Origin: Epiperipatus broadwayi
Lineage: Eukaryota > Animalia > Onychophora
Reading direction: 5' to 3'
Assembly: GCA_028023455.1 (NCBI GenBank)
Contig: JAQFVV010000003.1
Location: 10,664,001-10,728,000 of the forward strand
Length of the DNA: 64,000 nt
How positions within the stretch are numbered: the stretch's first letter is position 1; every line of letters begins with the position of its first letter. This document shows positions 1 to 13,830 of the stretch, piece after piece. Under the pieces are notes generated by a model. The model saw only the letters and a list, made by a program, of their open reading frames with translations. It was not told the origin of the DNA and made no database searches. Both the position numbers and the translations under genes were made by a program.

Positions 1-2099
1 TCATCAGAATGATGTCACAAAGTCCATCTATCACTTTGCTAAAATTATTGTATTTTCAAAGTGGTAAGGAAAATGGTTTGTTAGAATTTATAACACTAAC
101 ATGTTAGTATTTTTAATAAATGTTTTTGTTGATATTTAACACAGTATTCAGTGAAATTATTAAGCAATTTTAAATCAAAAATTCTAGAATAAATTTTACT
201 AAAAGAATAATAAGTAATATAAATGACAATAATAATAGTTATCAACTGGTTTATTGTTTGGGAGTTCATAAGAAATTTGAGCACCAGATGTATTAGAACT
301 GGGCTGCAATATATAACCTTTGATTCCAATAACCACGACAATCGAAGGTTAATATTTGATCTTAATACACGATTGTCTTCTTACTGTACCAGCCTTCAGT
401 AAAAGAAAGTAACATACATGCAATTTTTGAAATATATATTTAATGGAGTTACAGTAAAAATACTTTTACAGTTACAGTTACTAACATACCTTTGCAGTAC
501 ATTCAAAATTCATTACAGTAAGGTTCAGTTTACCAGGATTTTAATAAACATATAAATGTTCATTTTAATTAATTCGGTGATTGCTGGACAACTTTTTTTT
601 TTTTAATATATTAAACATTTAAAAAAAAATAAATATCTGCACATTATTTAAATAGTAATAAAAAAAATAATAAACTAGCAGGAAATAGTAAAATGATTTT
701 TTTATTTTATTATTGCATGATTCTTTTTAATAAATTCACATTATAATAACCACACATTAATTAACACTATTTTATGTATAGTATACGCACGAATGTATAT
801 ATATCCGCTGCATAAAAAAAAAAAAGGAAATCTATTTGTCTGTATTCCACCTTCAGCATTTTCTTATCACTATTTTATCAGTTTTTTAAAAAGTAAATTT
901 TCGTTAATTTTGTGCCTACATATTCAACCACATAAATATTGCAACAAGAAAATTCATATAAAGTTGTGAAATCAATCACTCACTCTAATATGTACATTAT
1001 GGATATATATGTGAGTTTCTAAACTCAGAAAAACGCCATATTTCTCACAAATGTATATATAAAATGACACCAAAGACGAATTACATCAAATATATACTTA
1101 AATAATGATAGTGAGTGGATAAATAACATGTTCTGCATTTATGCTAGAGAAATTTTGTAAATGATGAATCAGATCTCCTCAATATATTGGTAAAACTATT
1201 ATGTATTGGAAGAAAAATGATGGGAAAGTATGTTGATACCTTTTTAATTAAGCATAATAAAAAATTTGATTCATCCAGTACAATATTAATCAAAACTGGT
1301 TCGCTGATAAACTATTGATCATATTGATTTATGTAGCGTGATTACCCAAAATATGATATCCCTGAAGTAGTAGCTATCTAGCAATAGTTGCTTTTACTTA
1401 GATTTCTGGGATGATCATAAATGAGAATAAGAATATTTCTGCATTTTCTAGCACCATCTATCCAAAAACTGATTTGCAAACCTTATTATTCCTTAAACAC
1501 TTATTATTTCCTAAAATATTATCCACAATCTAGCACAATTTGGAAGCACTTTAAACTCTTTTTTATGCATCAAACAATCCACAGTAATGTGAAAAAGTAA
1601 AATATACATTATACAACCAGATTGAGAATTAAATGAACAATTGATTGCTCATAAATTTTAATATAACATTTCAATCAATTTAAAATATAAAACCTAAATT
1701 ATAACAGAAATATTTAAATCACTGTTATATAATAGATTATAACTAGCCTCAAAACAGTGGCAAAGTTAATCTCGTACTCATATGTTTGCATTAGTTGTCC
1801 TGAAACTTCTATTTGGCTTATTCATTAAATGATTTGAAATATCTCTGCCATTGCTGACATGGAAATTGTTCTTGATAATGCTGGCATATGTTTTTTCATG
1901 ATTTAAAGCTGGAAATATGGAAGAATAGGTTTTGGCACCAACCACTTGTTCATGTGGGTATATGGCAGCCATTTTGATTGATTTTAATGACTTAAAAATG
2001 TCATTTTTTTAAAAAAGAAAAGGCTTTTGTAACTTCAAAATTATCTTAGAAAAAATGTGTGTGTTGTAGATAATTGTTAATAATTAGTTCAATATATGT

Positions 2100-3660
2100 T
2101 AAATTTACATGAAATATTGCAGATTTTGAATGTTTTTTTGGATGATTATTTATTGATTTTTAATAAAAGTCAGAGGCAAATAGATTTTTTCCTTGAAGAA
2201 GTTAATAGATTAGATGCAAACATAAAATTTACAATAGAAATGGTAGGTGTAAAATAGAGACATCAATATATAAAAAGATGAATATAGATAATAACATAGC
2301 TAACTGGAATTCAAATATAGATAAAAAATATAAAATAAATAGTATTACATCAAGAATGTATAGAGCTATAAATTATTGCTCAAATAAAGAGGATTATAAT
2401 AAGCAAATAGAGTTGATAGTTAAGGAATTTAAAAATAATGATTACCCAGTAGAGATTATAGAGGATACTATAAGAATGTCAGAAGAGAGATTTGTTGTTG
2501 ATAATAATGAGAATAATAGAAAAAAGAATAAAAATAATAAAGATAAATATATAAGTATAAAAACATATAATAATAACATTGTGAAGAGTATAAATAAAAT
2601 AATAGAAATTTTAATAATGTAATAAAATTTAAAGTAGTAAATAAAAGAAGGAAAAGTATGCTTAATATTTTGGATAATAAATATATAGGAAATATAGAAA
2701 ATTGTATAAACAGAGTGTATAGAATAGAGTGTAAATCTGGTAGGGAAGAAATGTTAAGAACAGTTATATGGGTGAAACAAAGAATTCCATTTATACAAGG
2801 TTGACTCAGCATATATATAAGAGGTCACTTGTTTATTTACATTCATTGGAGACAGGGCATAAGTTTGGGAAAAAAAGTATTAGAATGATAAATCATACTA
2901 AAGAGAGGAGGGATAGAAAAATAAAGGAAGCTATATTAATTAGAAGCATTAGGCCATCTCTTAATAAAGATCATGGTTTGAAAATGTTGATTTTGTAGGG
3001 ATTTCTTATTAATGAATAGGTATGTGTAGATTTTAAGAAATGAAATAAGATATAGTTTCAGAATGAGTTCATAGAGGGCATAGGGGTGAAGAGATTAAGG
3101 AAGTAGGGAAATTTTTAAATTTTTTGAAATTGTTTCAGTTATAAAAAAAAAGGGTACTGAGATAAAAGGTAAGATTGGTTAAAAGTAAAAATTAAAAGGA
3201 AGTAAAATTATAAAGATATTATGTTAATATTATTTGTTATAAATTAATGTGTAATATATAAATAATTAAAATAGAAGAAATAAATTAAATTAAAAAGTAG
3301 ATTTAAATGATAAGAATAAGGAAAAGTAAACGTTAAAAATAAATAGAAATTTTTTAAAAAATTTTTAAATAAAAGAAATTAATTGAGTATAAGGGTGGGT
3401 AAAGAAGTTTTTACATTATAGAGATATTAATGGTCCATATTTAAGACAATAGTTGGAGTATTTGGAATGTTGTTTTTATATTTATATGTATATATATATA
3501 TGTATGAATAGATATTAATTTTATATTAATTGTATATGTTTAAATGTTGTAGCTCTAATGATGACTGCTGGGCAGTTGAAACTGTAAGAAGGAAATAAAA
3601 TAAATCATATGTTAACTGCATTGTAGAGTGTAATTTAAGGAGTATATGGTGTATTATAAT
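2100..3660 (+). mobile_element. Penelope-like element 3' fragment (RT C-terminus, GIY-YIG endonuclease, pseudo-LTR tail), decayed
   Basis: Translation gives FLDDYLLIF...FLEEVNRLDANIKFTIEM (RT YxDD region and thumb), then NWNS...RAINYCS...NNDYP (PLE linker), then VYRIECK / YMGETKNSIYTRLTQH...GHKF...RKIKEAILI...PSLNKDHG (GIY-YIG). Frameshifts are present. A hammerhead-like motif lies in the 3' tail at 3555-3586. Confidence 0.88.
3550..3592 (+). ncRNA. Degenerate minimal hammerhead ribozyme motif (PLE type)
   Basis: CTAATGA (G5A variant of CTGATGA), then T-GACTGC tgg GCAGTT (helix II), then GAAAC-T-GTA. Helix I has only 2 bp. It sits in a Penelope pseudo-LTR, where such motifs are known. Confidence 0.6.
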
Positions 3661-6600
3661 ATTAAATATAAGTATTTTTCAATCACCCATTCAATTTATT
3701 TACTGAAGTTAATTGGATTTAAATCTTTCAATTTTTCCAAATAGTTAAGAACTTCTGAATTATCAAGATTAAAAATATATAAATAATGTACCATATACAC
3801 ATATACATGTTTAATAACCATATTTCTATTAATACACTCATTTTACAATATCACATTTCATAACTTTAACTATTATACAAAGTTAGCAACAATATTTTCT
3901 CCCTGTTTAATAAATATTATTTATTAATTTATATTTCATTTTCCAAGTATTAGATGGAGTCTGTACAGTATTATTACCATTTCAATAATGTATCAAAATC
4001 TTTATTGTGCAAGCATATTTAAGCTCTTATTTTGTTTTATTATTTATCACATGATTTTGTTTCCTCAATTTGCATATTACATTTTCTCTATTACTTCATA
4101 TAATACTATTTTTATAATTTAATTTATTTTCAGGTGTAGTTTATTAAAAATGATGTTAGAATAAATTATTTAAAAAAGAAGCAGACAACAAAACATTAAA
4201 TATTTGTTATTCCAATGATTCAAAAATATACACAGCAAGTATTATGAGCTCTTTACAATAATCAGCTCTCTAAACTAACTTATAAAAATGGGAATGCATG
4301 TTTGTTAACCATATTTCGAATCTATTATTTTCTGCAGTCATTACAAATTTTTTAAACTTTTTATTTTGTACCTTTCTCTTTTTTTTCTTCTGAAGTTAGG
4401 ATAGTAATATTCATTTGTGATTGGTGACTAATGACGGTGATATTTCAGCTGTATATTTCAATAATATTTAATAAAGATGTTTTATGACTTGACTAAAAAC
4501 TTAGAGAATCCAACCTGCTTCCAGATAAAAAAAATTTAAATCAGCATCTTTGTGATAATCACAGCTCTCACATTGTAACTTTCTTCAAGCCACAGAATCA
4601 AGTTACTTAATGTAAATTAAGTAATTTTTTGGATTTAAGCTACAATTTCTATAATAATTCTACTATTTAAGAACTGTAGGCATTAAATATAAAGAATAAT
4701 AATTAGAATTCAAAAAAATATTATTGCTTTAAATATTTGAATTTCAAAATACACATTCTATATGATATCATATTTAATGATTGCCTTAATTGAACTATAA
4801 GTGAATTATATCAGTAAACAAAAATAACCGTAATCAATAATAATACTTGATTAACATCACTAATAATTTCCCATAACTTGAAAAAACTTTTAATACAATT
4901 TATCTTAAGATCTCAATTTTTAATTTACATTATTAGGATGCATGAAATTTAAATCTTTTTGATATTGGTCATTTACCAATAAGCAATATATACTGCATAT
5001 TGATGGTTGTTTTACTGTAAAGGGGTACTTATCAATCGACTATCAAACAGGTTTCTAATGACATAAACCACAGTTATATTTTCTGAATATCTCTACCCTC
5101 CAGGTTGGAATTAGTCAAGGTAACATTTGAAAGAGATCATCCATATTTAAAAACAGCTTATATTTGGATGCCAGTGTTAAAAGTAAATCAATGCACTATT
5201 TTAATGATGAGATGAATGTGACCCAATACTAAATCTCCAGCCAGTTATAAATATAATTTTCTTTTATAGCAAACGGTGAGTTTCTTATTTCTAGACAGCT
5301 TAAATTATTATATAGGAATAATGAGGTTTAAAAAATATATTTAATAACAAAAAAAAAAACTGATAAGATTTGACATTTGTCTGCCACATAATATAATTAT
5401 TCTAATAAATGTATAATGAAATAAAAAAAATATTACATAACCAATATTAAAAAGAAGAGAAAAAAAATCACAATTAATTAATGTCTAAAGTTAAATATTC
5501 CACATAATAAAATATTTATAGTTTGTTTTACATATTTTTATAAACAACCATCATTAATTAATTAAATAAAATTCTTACTGGTATTGATCACATTCAGTTC
5601 AATTATGAGTACCCTTTTACTTATTTTTACTTTTCTATATCTTGACTTTTATGATGTTTTCTACATTCCTGCTTGATCTTCTTTTGAATTGTGATTTTTC
5701 TTTTTTTCTTGGGAATTAAGTTACTTATGAATCATCTAGTGATAATTTTGCAGATGAGCATAATTTCTATTCAATTCATAGGTGACTTCTGGCAAATGAC
5801 TAGAGATAGACATATTTATCTGGTTAGAGCAACATCTTCAACCACTTCACACATAAAACACCCAACACCAAACAGACATACCAAGGGGCTTTTAGCTTAC
5901 CATGGAGAGTATCTAAAATCTGTATTTCAATGCTTTCAGATTTTAGGTAAATTTATATTTGGCTTCTTAAGATTCAGTATCAGTTGCTTTGCAAGTTATT
6001 GGTTATTGTGCCTTTACACTTACAATTATTTCCAGTTGTTTACTTATCCTGCTATCAAACAGCTTATTCACAGCAGAGAAAATGAAAGAGAAAGAAAATC
6101 TGTTCTACCTAGTTTTATATACACTATTGAATTTCGCATCATTGTTTTTCAATAAACAGGACTTCTCTTCTTTTAAATTTTAACTTATACTCTATAAATT
6201 AAATTTAGATTTTAATATTCAATTGAAATTATTTCCAGCTCTCTACCTACTACCTTTTATTTTTGTTTTCAAATTTACTAGTGTTACATAGCAACACTTT
6301 TCCTCTTAAATTTCTATTACAAAAAAAAATAATTTTAAAATTAAATGGTACATGTTTTAGGTTTTAAGATTTTCTTAATGTATTAGAAATACAGAGAATA
6401 TAAAGCATCACACTTAGAATCTTTTTTTTTTATTTATTTATTACACTTTTATTCCTTTGTCACTATTACTAACTAACAAAAAAATATTATTTTACCTTTT
6501 GTAATGACAAAATATTGAATATTAACACAAATAATTAAAACTATTTTCATGTTGATCAATAAAGATTCAATCCAACATAATATATGTGTTCTATGGGACA

Positions 6601-8731
6601 TACCTCCCCTCTGTTAGAACAATATGCACAGAAAAGTATGATAGGAAAAGAAAATACAAAGAATATCCTCATTCATTAATAGGAAAGATTCCTGCATACC
6701 ATTTCCAAAAAAATGGACCATATGATTCACATACTGCACTTTATTTGCATATTGATCTTTGTCACAATATATACATATTTTTAACAATGCAGATAGTTTT
6801 AGCACTATGATACTGGCAGCAATTTGACAAAAGCTAGTTCAATGTTCTTGAGTCTTATTGTATTACATTTATTTTTTTATACTAACTTGAACAGTACAAG
6901 TTTTGTATGATTACATATTTTGTGAAAAGTGTATAATTTTTTAGATTTTAAAAAATGTATATTGTAACAAAAAAATTTGATTACAACTCATATTAGTTGT
7001 ATTACAAAGCTACATGTTCAAAAAGTTTAATTAAAATAAACCTGATAACTTGTTATAAATTTTACAGATTATCATGAGTGTATGTAGCACATATCAACAG
7101 ATAAACGTGTGGCTTATTAGACATTTAAAAAATTAAAAGAAAAAGTTGTCTATAGATTTTTAAAATACTGTTAAATATTTTGTAAAAGAAACATACTCTG
7201 TAAAATTAAAAATAATTCAAATTATGTGAGGGAGAGAAAAAAATTAGTTTTAGCTCATGCAAATGAATATCATTAATTTAAAAAAATGTGTAATATTTTA
7301 TAACTCTTAGATTTGCCTGCTGATTCAGGTTTTAAAGAAATAAGTTGTCTTTTCTTATAGTAAATTAAATGGCAAATCTAAATATATTATTAAAAATTAT
7401 AAGCACTAAAATTAAAAAGTTTACAGAACAGATTTTAAAGTTTGGTCATGTTTTTTTTCTTCCTGTCATTTACAGTGAATAAAGAAAAAAATATTTTTTA
7501 TGCATCATTTATATAATAATTTAACAAATAAAAAAATATTTATCAAAAAACATGTTGTGATAAAAATATATCTTAAATCAAGTCATTAAATCTGGAGGAT
7601 GTTTTTTGATATACATCCTGGTATAAGTACATACAAACTTGATTACATGCTAGGTGCTGTAAAAAACATGTTGTGAGCTATAAATATGTCTGACAATAAA
7701 AATGGCAAGATTCTAGTCTTAGCTGTGGCTCAAGAAAAAAGCTGTGCAGATAGAAAAAGTCAAATGGCTCTCTCAGAATAGTTTAAGATAGCTGTGATTT
7801 GCTGACTGTTTTAAAATATTTTTCAATATTTTATTCAACTCATCAATTATGATGACAGTAAATAGCTAAATGATGATTTACCATGAGTGGCTAAAAACTT
7901 TAACTGTGCCAGTCAAAAGATTTAGAACTATGCAATCCAATTGAGACAAATACTGAAGTTTGTTAAAATGTGACAGTACCTGCTTTAAAGAAGCAAACCA
8001 TACCATGAAGAAAGAATTCAATTACAAGATCTACAATATATATCTAGTGAACTCATCTACAGTGTTTTCCATCACTAATGCTTGAAGAGGATAATCACTA
8101 TCAGGACAGGACTGATAGAAACTATTGATAAAGATGTGCACATATATGGTAAACCTATATCTGCAGAAACCATGACTTGAAACTTTAAACAAATTAAGAC
8201 ATTTGATAAGATTTTACCTTTATATTTATCTCTAAGGCCTTATTTTTTAAACCTTATTTTCAATATTTTGTACTGTATTTACTTGATAGCAGTTGCAAAA
8301 GTACCAATAACAATTTCATTTTTTTTATTTATTATAAATTACTAACTTATTTTTTAATTAACTAATTTAATTTGTGTTTCTATTTGAATTCATACCAAAA
8401 ATACTCCATGAATATTCATTATTCATGGGAAGCAATGCAATCTATTGAAAGGATGCATGGATTTCAGTAGTAGTTTAAAATGATGATGATCAGCAGTATT
8501 ACGATTTGCAGAAGTAGGATTTCTATTTAGAAAAGATAGCACCTGAAGATCAATATTGAATGCTTTTGGAATAATTACATTTAAATTAACCATTTGGGCT
8601 AAATTATTTGATAAGCATCATTCCGAATGGTAAAGGTTACATTAAATGTATAAATATTAAATTATGTTAAAACATTTTTAATTATTCATATTTCCATCTT
8701 AAAATATATTTATCACATATTACTATCCATT

Positions 8732-11158
8732 TTAAAATTGTAATGGGAGACTTTAATGCTAGAATTGGTAAACAAATGAAGGATGAAAATGCTGTAGGTA
8801 ATTTTGGTTATGGTAATAGAAATGAGAGAGGACATAGACTTGTGGAGTTTGCAGAAACAGAAAAACTTTATATTATGAATTCCTTTTTTGAGAAAAATGT
8901 TAAAAGGAAATGGACATGGAAACATTCATATGAAGGTACAGCAGAATTGGATTATATTTTGACTAACAGAAAATACATATTTCAAGATTGTAATGTTCTT
9001 AATAAATTTAACACAGGAAGTGATCATTGATTAGTAAGATGTAAGATATATGTTAATGCAAAACTAGAGAGACAAAAATTATTAAGAGAAACAATATTTA
9101 TAGTTGATATTCCTAATCTTCAGAAACATTTTAATGAATTTAAATTTGAACTTACAAATCGGTTTCAAGTATTAGTAGATTTTGAACATGATTCAGATTT
9201 GATTGACATTAATAGGAAAATAACCGATATACTTTTAAAAACTGCAACAAAGATAGCTGGGAGAAAAAAAGCAGTGATTGATCAATAAAATTTCTACTGA
9301 GACTAGAGAATTTATGAAGAAAAGAAGGAATATGTGGATATACAACAATGATGCATTAAAAAAGATTGAATATCTCAAATTTTGTAAAATGGTGCAGAAA
9401 AAAGTTGAAAATGATATAAGAAAGTATAATTATGAATTAGCAAGGAAAGCTGTAGAAGAGAATAAAAGTCTAAAAAATGTAAAACAACATTTTGGTATTG
9501 GTAGGAAATTTATATCTGCAATAAGAAAAAAAATGGCATTATTACTAAAAAGAGAGATGGCATCATGAAATGTGTAGAAGACTTTTATCAAAAATTATAT
9601 AGTAATAAAGAACAAGTGCCTCCTATACCTATTATATCTTCCGAATTGCACAGAATTTGGAATGAGAAGGTGAGACATGTAATTAAATTTATAAAGAAAG
9701 GGAAGGCTCCAGGTAATGATGGAATTATAATTGATATATTAAAAAAAGCAGTGAAGAAATAGAATTTTTTTAGCAAAGTTATATACCAAATGTCTGAATG
9801 ATAAAGATGTACCAGATGATTGGAAGAATGCAGTATTAATATTAATATTTAAAAAATATGATAAAGAAGATATTAGAAATTACAGACCTATCAGTCTTTT
9901 ATCAGTTTTATATAAAATTTTTACTAAGATAATTACAACTCGTCTACAGAAAACACTGGATTTCCACCAACCAAGAGAACAAGCTGGATTTAAAAGTGGT
10001 TTTAGTACAGTAGATCATATCCAGGTATTGAGAGATGTTATAGAAAGGACAAATGAATATGAGTTGCCATTATGCTTAGGATTTGTAGATTATGAAAAGG
10101 TATTTGATTCTATAAACATTTCTTCAGTGATTAAAGCATTGGATCATCAAGGTGTAGATCCAGGATATTGTCATATTTTAAAGAATATTTATAAAAATGC
10201 AACAGCAACAATTAGATTACATAATGACAATAAGAAAATCAACATTGAAAAGGATGTAAGACAGAGTGACTCCATATTTCCAAAACGTTTCACAGCAGTG
10301 CTACAAGAAATATTTTGTGGATTAAAATGAGAAGCTAAAGAAGTGAAAGTAAATGGAGATTATTTAAGTCATTTAGATTTTGCAGATGATGTAGTTGTTT
10401 TTGCAAATAATGCTTCAGAGCTGCAAGAAATGTTGCAGGAGTTATCAGATGAAAGTAGGAAAGTAGGACTAAAGATAAATGTTAAAAAGACTAAAGTAAT
10501 GTTTAATCGATTTGCTCAAAATATGAAAATAAAGATTGATTATGATGAATTAGAAGAAGTTAACAGTTACAAATACCTTGGTCAGATTATTAATACAGAT
10601 GGAAACATAATGGATGAAATTAATCATAGAATTAAACTTGATTGGAGTGCTTTTGGTAGAAATAACTTGATACTAAAAGGAAATATGCCTATGTGTTTGA
10701 AAAGGAAGGTTTTTAATAAATATGTTTTGCCAGTTCTTACTTATGGATCTGAGACTTGGACACTTAATAGAAGAGCAATACAGAAACTTCAGACCACTCA
10801 AAGAAGTATGGAAAGATGCATGTTGGGAGTAACAAGAAGAGATCAAAAATGCAATGTATGGGTAAGAGAAACTGGTGTTACTGACCTCAGTGAAAATATT
10901 AAAAAACTGAAGTGGAGTTGAGCTAGATATATTGCTAAAAGAGATGATAATAGACGGACAATTGAAATTTTAAACTGGATTCCAAGATATTGTAAAAGAC
11001 CCAGAAAGAGACCACATGTGAGATGGATGGAATGGATGAAATATGAAAGTGTGCAGGCTGATGTGGAGAAGAGAAGCTAAAGATAGGAAAAGATGGATTG
11101 AACTTGGAGAGACCTTCATCCTGCAGTGGATTAATAATGGTTGATGATGATGATGACG
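8732..11158 (+). mobile_element. RTE-clade LINE, 5'-truncated and decayed (APE C-terminus and RT)
   Basis: MGDFNARIG and GSDH (APE); KAPGNDGI, NYRPISLL, EQAGF, FVDYEKVFDS, HLDFADDVV, YKYLGQ (RT); (GAT)n 3' tail; 10-bp TSD ACTATCCATT at 8722-8731 and 11159-11168. Confidence 0.95.
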
Positions 11159-11513
11159 ACTATCCATTACAATATATATATGGGCAAACATTTATAAAAT
11201 GAATCACAGTGAATTAGGCAGTTGAAGAGGGTTATTAAAAAAATGAAATTTAGCTACAGAATTGACAAAGAAAAATAATATATATATATATGCCAAAGTA
11301 TAATTTCTATCAATTGCCTTGATTGTTATTTTGTGTTATATATATTAAGACAATAATGTCCCATAGACTAATAAAGATATAGCATAAAATAACTTTAAAA
11401 AATGACTGATAAAATAAAACATGACAATTAATAATATACCTAGAATAAAAAGGATTTTTTTTAAAAAATAGCATGTCTAAACAATATATATAACAATAAA
11501 AATAATAAATATA

Positions 11514-11612
11514 ATGGTACTTAAGGTCAGCACGACTGCCTTGCACTTTCAGGCAGTTGCCCGGGTTGTGGGTTCGCTTCCCGGCCAATGCTATGACACT
11601 TAAAAAAAAAAA
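11514..11612 (+). mobile_element. tRNA-Gly-derived SINE copy (5' degenerate)
   Basis: GGTCAGCACGACTGCCTTGCACTTTCAGGCAGTTGCCCGGGTTGTGGGTTCGCTTCCCGGCCAATGC followed by TATGACACTT and poly-A; homologous to 37212-37314. Confidence 0.85.
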
Positions 11613-11712
11613 CTATTATATACAGTCTTTCAATCCATAGAAGTACTTTCAGTTCCACTCCTTAACCTGTCTCAACTATTGTTAAATTCAAAAAACAAAA
11701 CAGAAGCAAACA

Positions 11713-11766
11713 TCCTCAACTCAAATCCCATGAATCCTAAATTTTTCATGAGATTTGAGTTGAGGA
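11713..11766. repeat. 22-bp inverted repeat hairpin (MITE-like or pre-miRNA-like)
   Basis: TCCTCAACTCAAATCCCATGAA / TTCATGAGATTTGAGTTGAGGA, one imperfect pair, 10-nt loop; weaker outer arms extend to about 11661 and 11793. Confidence 0.85.
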
Positions 11767-11907
11767 CATTTGATGGCAGTTGAGGTATGTTAAGAAATTA
11801 ACCAAAAGTACTCCTGCAAACAGAAAGATTATATAATGGTTAATTATCATTATATTTATTATTTTTATTGTTATTACAATAGTTTTTTAATGAACAGACA
11901 TTTTATA

Positions 11908-11913
<6 letters not shown>

Positions 11914-11947
<34 letters not shown>
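11914..11947. repeat. (TA)n microsatellite
   Basis: Uninterrupted TA run. Confidence 0.95.
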
Positions 11948-11954
<7 letters not shown>

Positions 11955-13524
11955 TACATATGTATTGATGTAACGCTGTCTCGTTACAATATATATATAT
12001 ATATATATAAGTGCTAGATACTATTTAAGAATAGTTATTGCATTTCAAACACCTAAAATGATATATTAATTAAAGAGAATTTATAAAAAATAATTAATAG
12101 AAAATAGAACTAATAATGGTATAGCCAAAGAGAAAAGAAGACTATTGTGGATATTGCTGTATTAAAATTAATAAATATAAATTAACTAAAATTTTGTAAC
12201 TATAACTAATGTATAAAATAGGCAATATATTCCTTATAAATATGTTTTAAAGATAGATGTCTAGTGTGAATAGTTTTCTGACTCATGTACTTTACTTATA
12301 TTAGCATATGTGATTCTGAGTAATTTGATGCCTTAAATTAAATCAAAGGAGGGAAAAGAATTAATTATTCATGTCCAGATATAGTATTTTAAAATAAAAA
12401 ATGATTAAAAATTAATTATTGCATGATTTTATTTAGCATGTTCACAAAGAGTGCTGAATCAGTTACTTTTTCAAGCTAAATCTGGAAAGACGACAACCAC
12501 TCCTTACATTATGTAAACATAATTTTGGTAAGTATTCATATAATTTGATTCATTGATGGTGTAATTACCAAAAATAAAAAATGTATATATATATATGAAA
12601 TAATAAATTACAACTGGAATTAACCTGTTAAAACCTTAATGCTCAATTTATTACTTAAATTTTGTATGATGTTATATTGTAAGATTGTACAAACTACACA
12701 ATTATAAAAGAAGAAATTAAATAATTTGTTATAACATCAATTTTAATGAATTCTACAAAATTTTAATTAAAGAAGTTTGGCAATAAACAACTTGATTAGA
12801 TATTAAGCTAGGAATCAAAAATACTTGTGCTATTTGGTCATTAAAAAGACAAAAACTCTTAGCAATGTTGTGTAAAACAAACTATTGATTTAAGGGTATA
12901 CATGCTCAGGTTGTGATGGTAAGTAGAAAGGCAAGATATAAAAAGATTGAGAAATCAGATTAGTAAACAAGAATTTCATCAATCTTCATCAATTGTTGCT
13001 TATAGAAAATATTTACTATTAGCGAAGCAAAAAAGCTATATATCAGGAGAGAAATATTTATCAATATATTTTCTTAGAAGCAATAAGAAGCCAAATGACT
13101 AAGAATTATAAAAATATGTATAAACTCAATATGTTCTACTATATATTGTCTAGAAGAGAAAGATGACTCACCTACATTTAGTATAAAATTCGAAATATAT
13201 CTTAATAATATCAAGACAGAAATATGTGACCCAGAGATAATTTCTCTTACTATCTAAGTTATGTGTCTGTGATAATTAAGACACAAGAACACCTTAAAAG
13301 CAATCTGCAAATTAATGTTTAAATCAACCACAGAATTAAAGATGACTATGTTTTAAAACCAGATAATGAGAAATCTGCAGTAGACCTTCAAAGTCAAAAA
13401 AATATCCCTGACTAAATAAACAGGTGAGAAACAATTTCAAATTTAACTTTTATACATAAAGAATTTGAAAAAATGTATGCACACTTGTGTAGTATGGAGG
13501 TTTATTTATTTATTATTCTCTAAA

Positions 13525-13556
13525 CTCTCTCTCTCTCTGTGTGTGTGTGTGCGTGT
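13525..13556. repeat. Compound (CT)n(GT)n microsatellite
   Basis: Seen directly in the sequence. Confidence 0.9.
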
Positions 13557-13830
13557 TTGTATTTAAATTTTAACAAGAGGCTATTCTTAATTTAAAAAAA
13601 TAAACAAGAGGAGTACATATATTTTTTATATATGTATTATAGTTTAAGTTGTGCTAGAAATGAATTTGATTCATTTGTCAGTTATTTCTAGGACTATAAT
13701 AATTCCATATATATTATAAAATAATAAAAAAATAATTTATATTAAATTAATGTTTAATAATATGTCAAAAATATATCTTACACATGTGCCAATATTCTTT
13801 GTTATTTATATTACTTATTTTAATATATAT

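Noticed and set aside
1-7. TCATCAG (CTGATGA on the minus strand) at the window edge
   Set aside because: The rest of any hammerhead would lie outside the window, so it cannot be assessed.
4532-4582. Minus-strand KLQCESCDYHKDADLN, resembling a TnpB/Fanzor zinc-ribbon end
   Set aside because: A stop lies immediately upstream, there is no first CxxC or RuvC motif, and NAAxNI is absent; likely chance.
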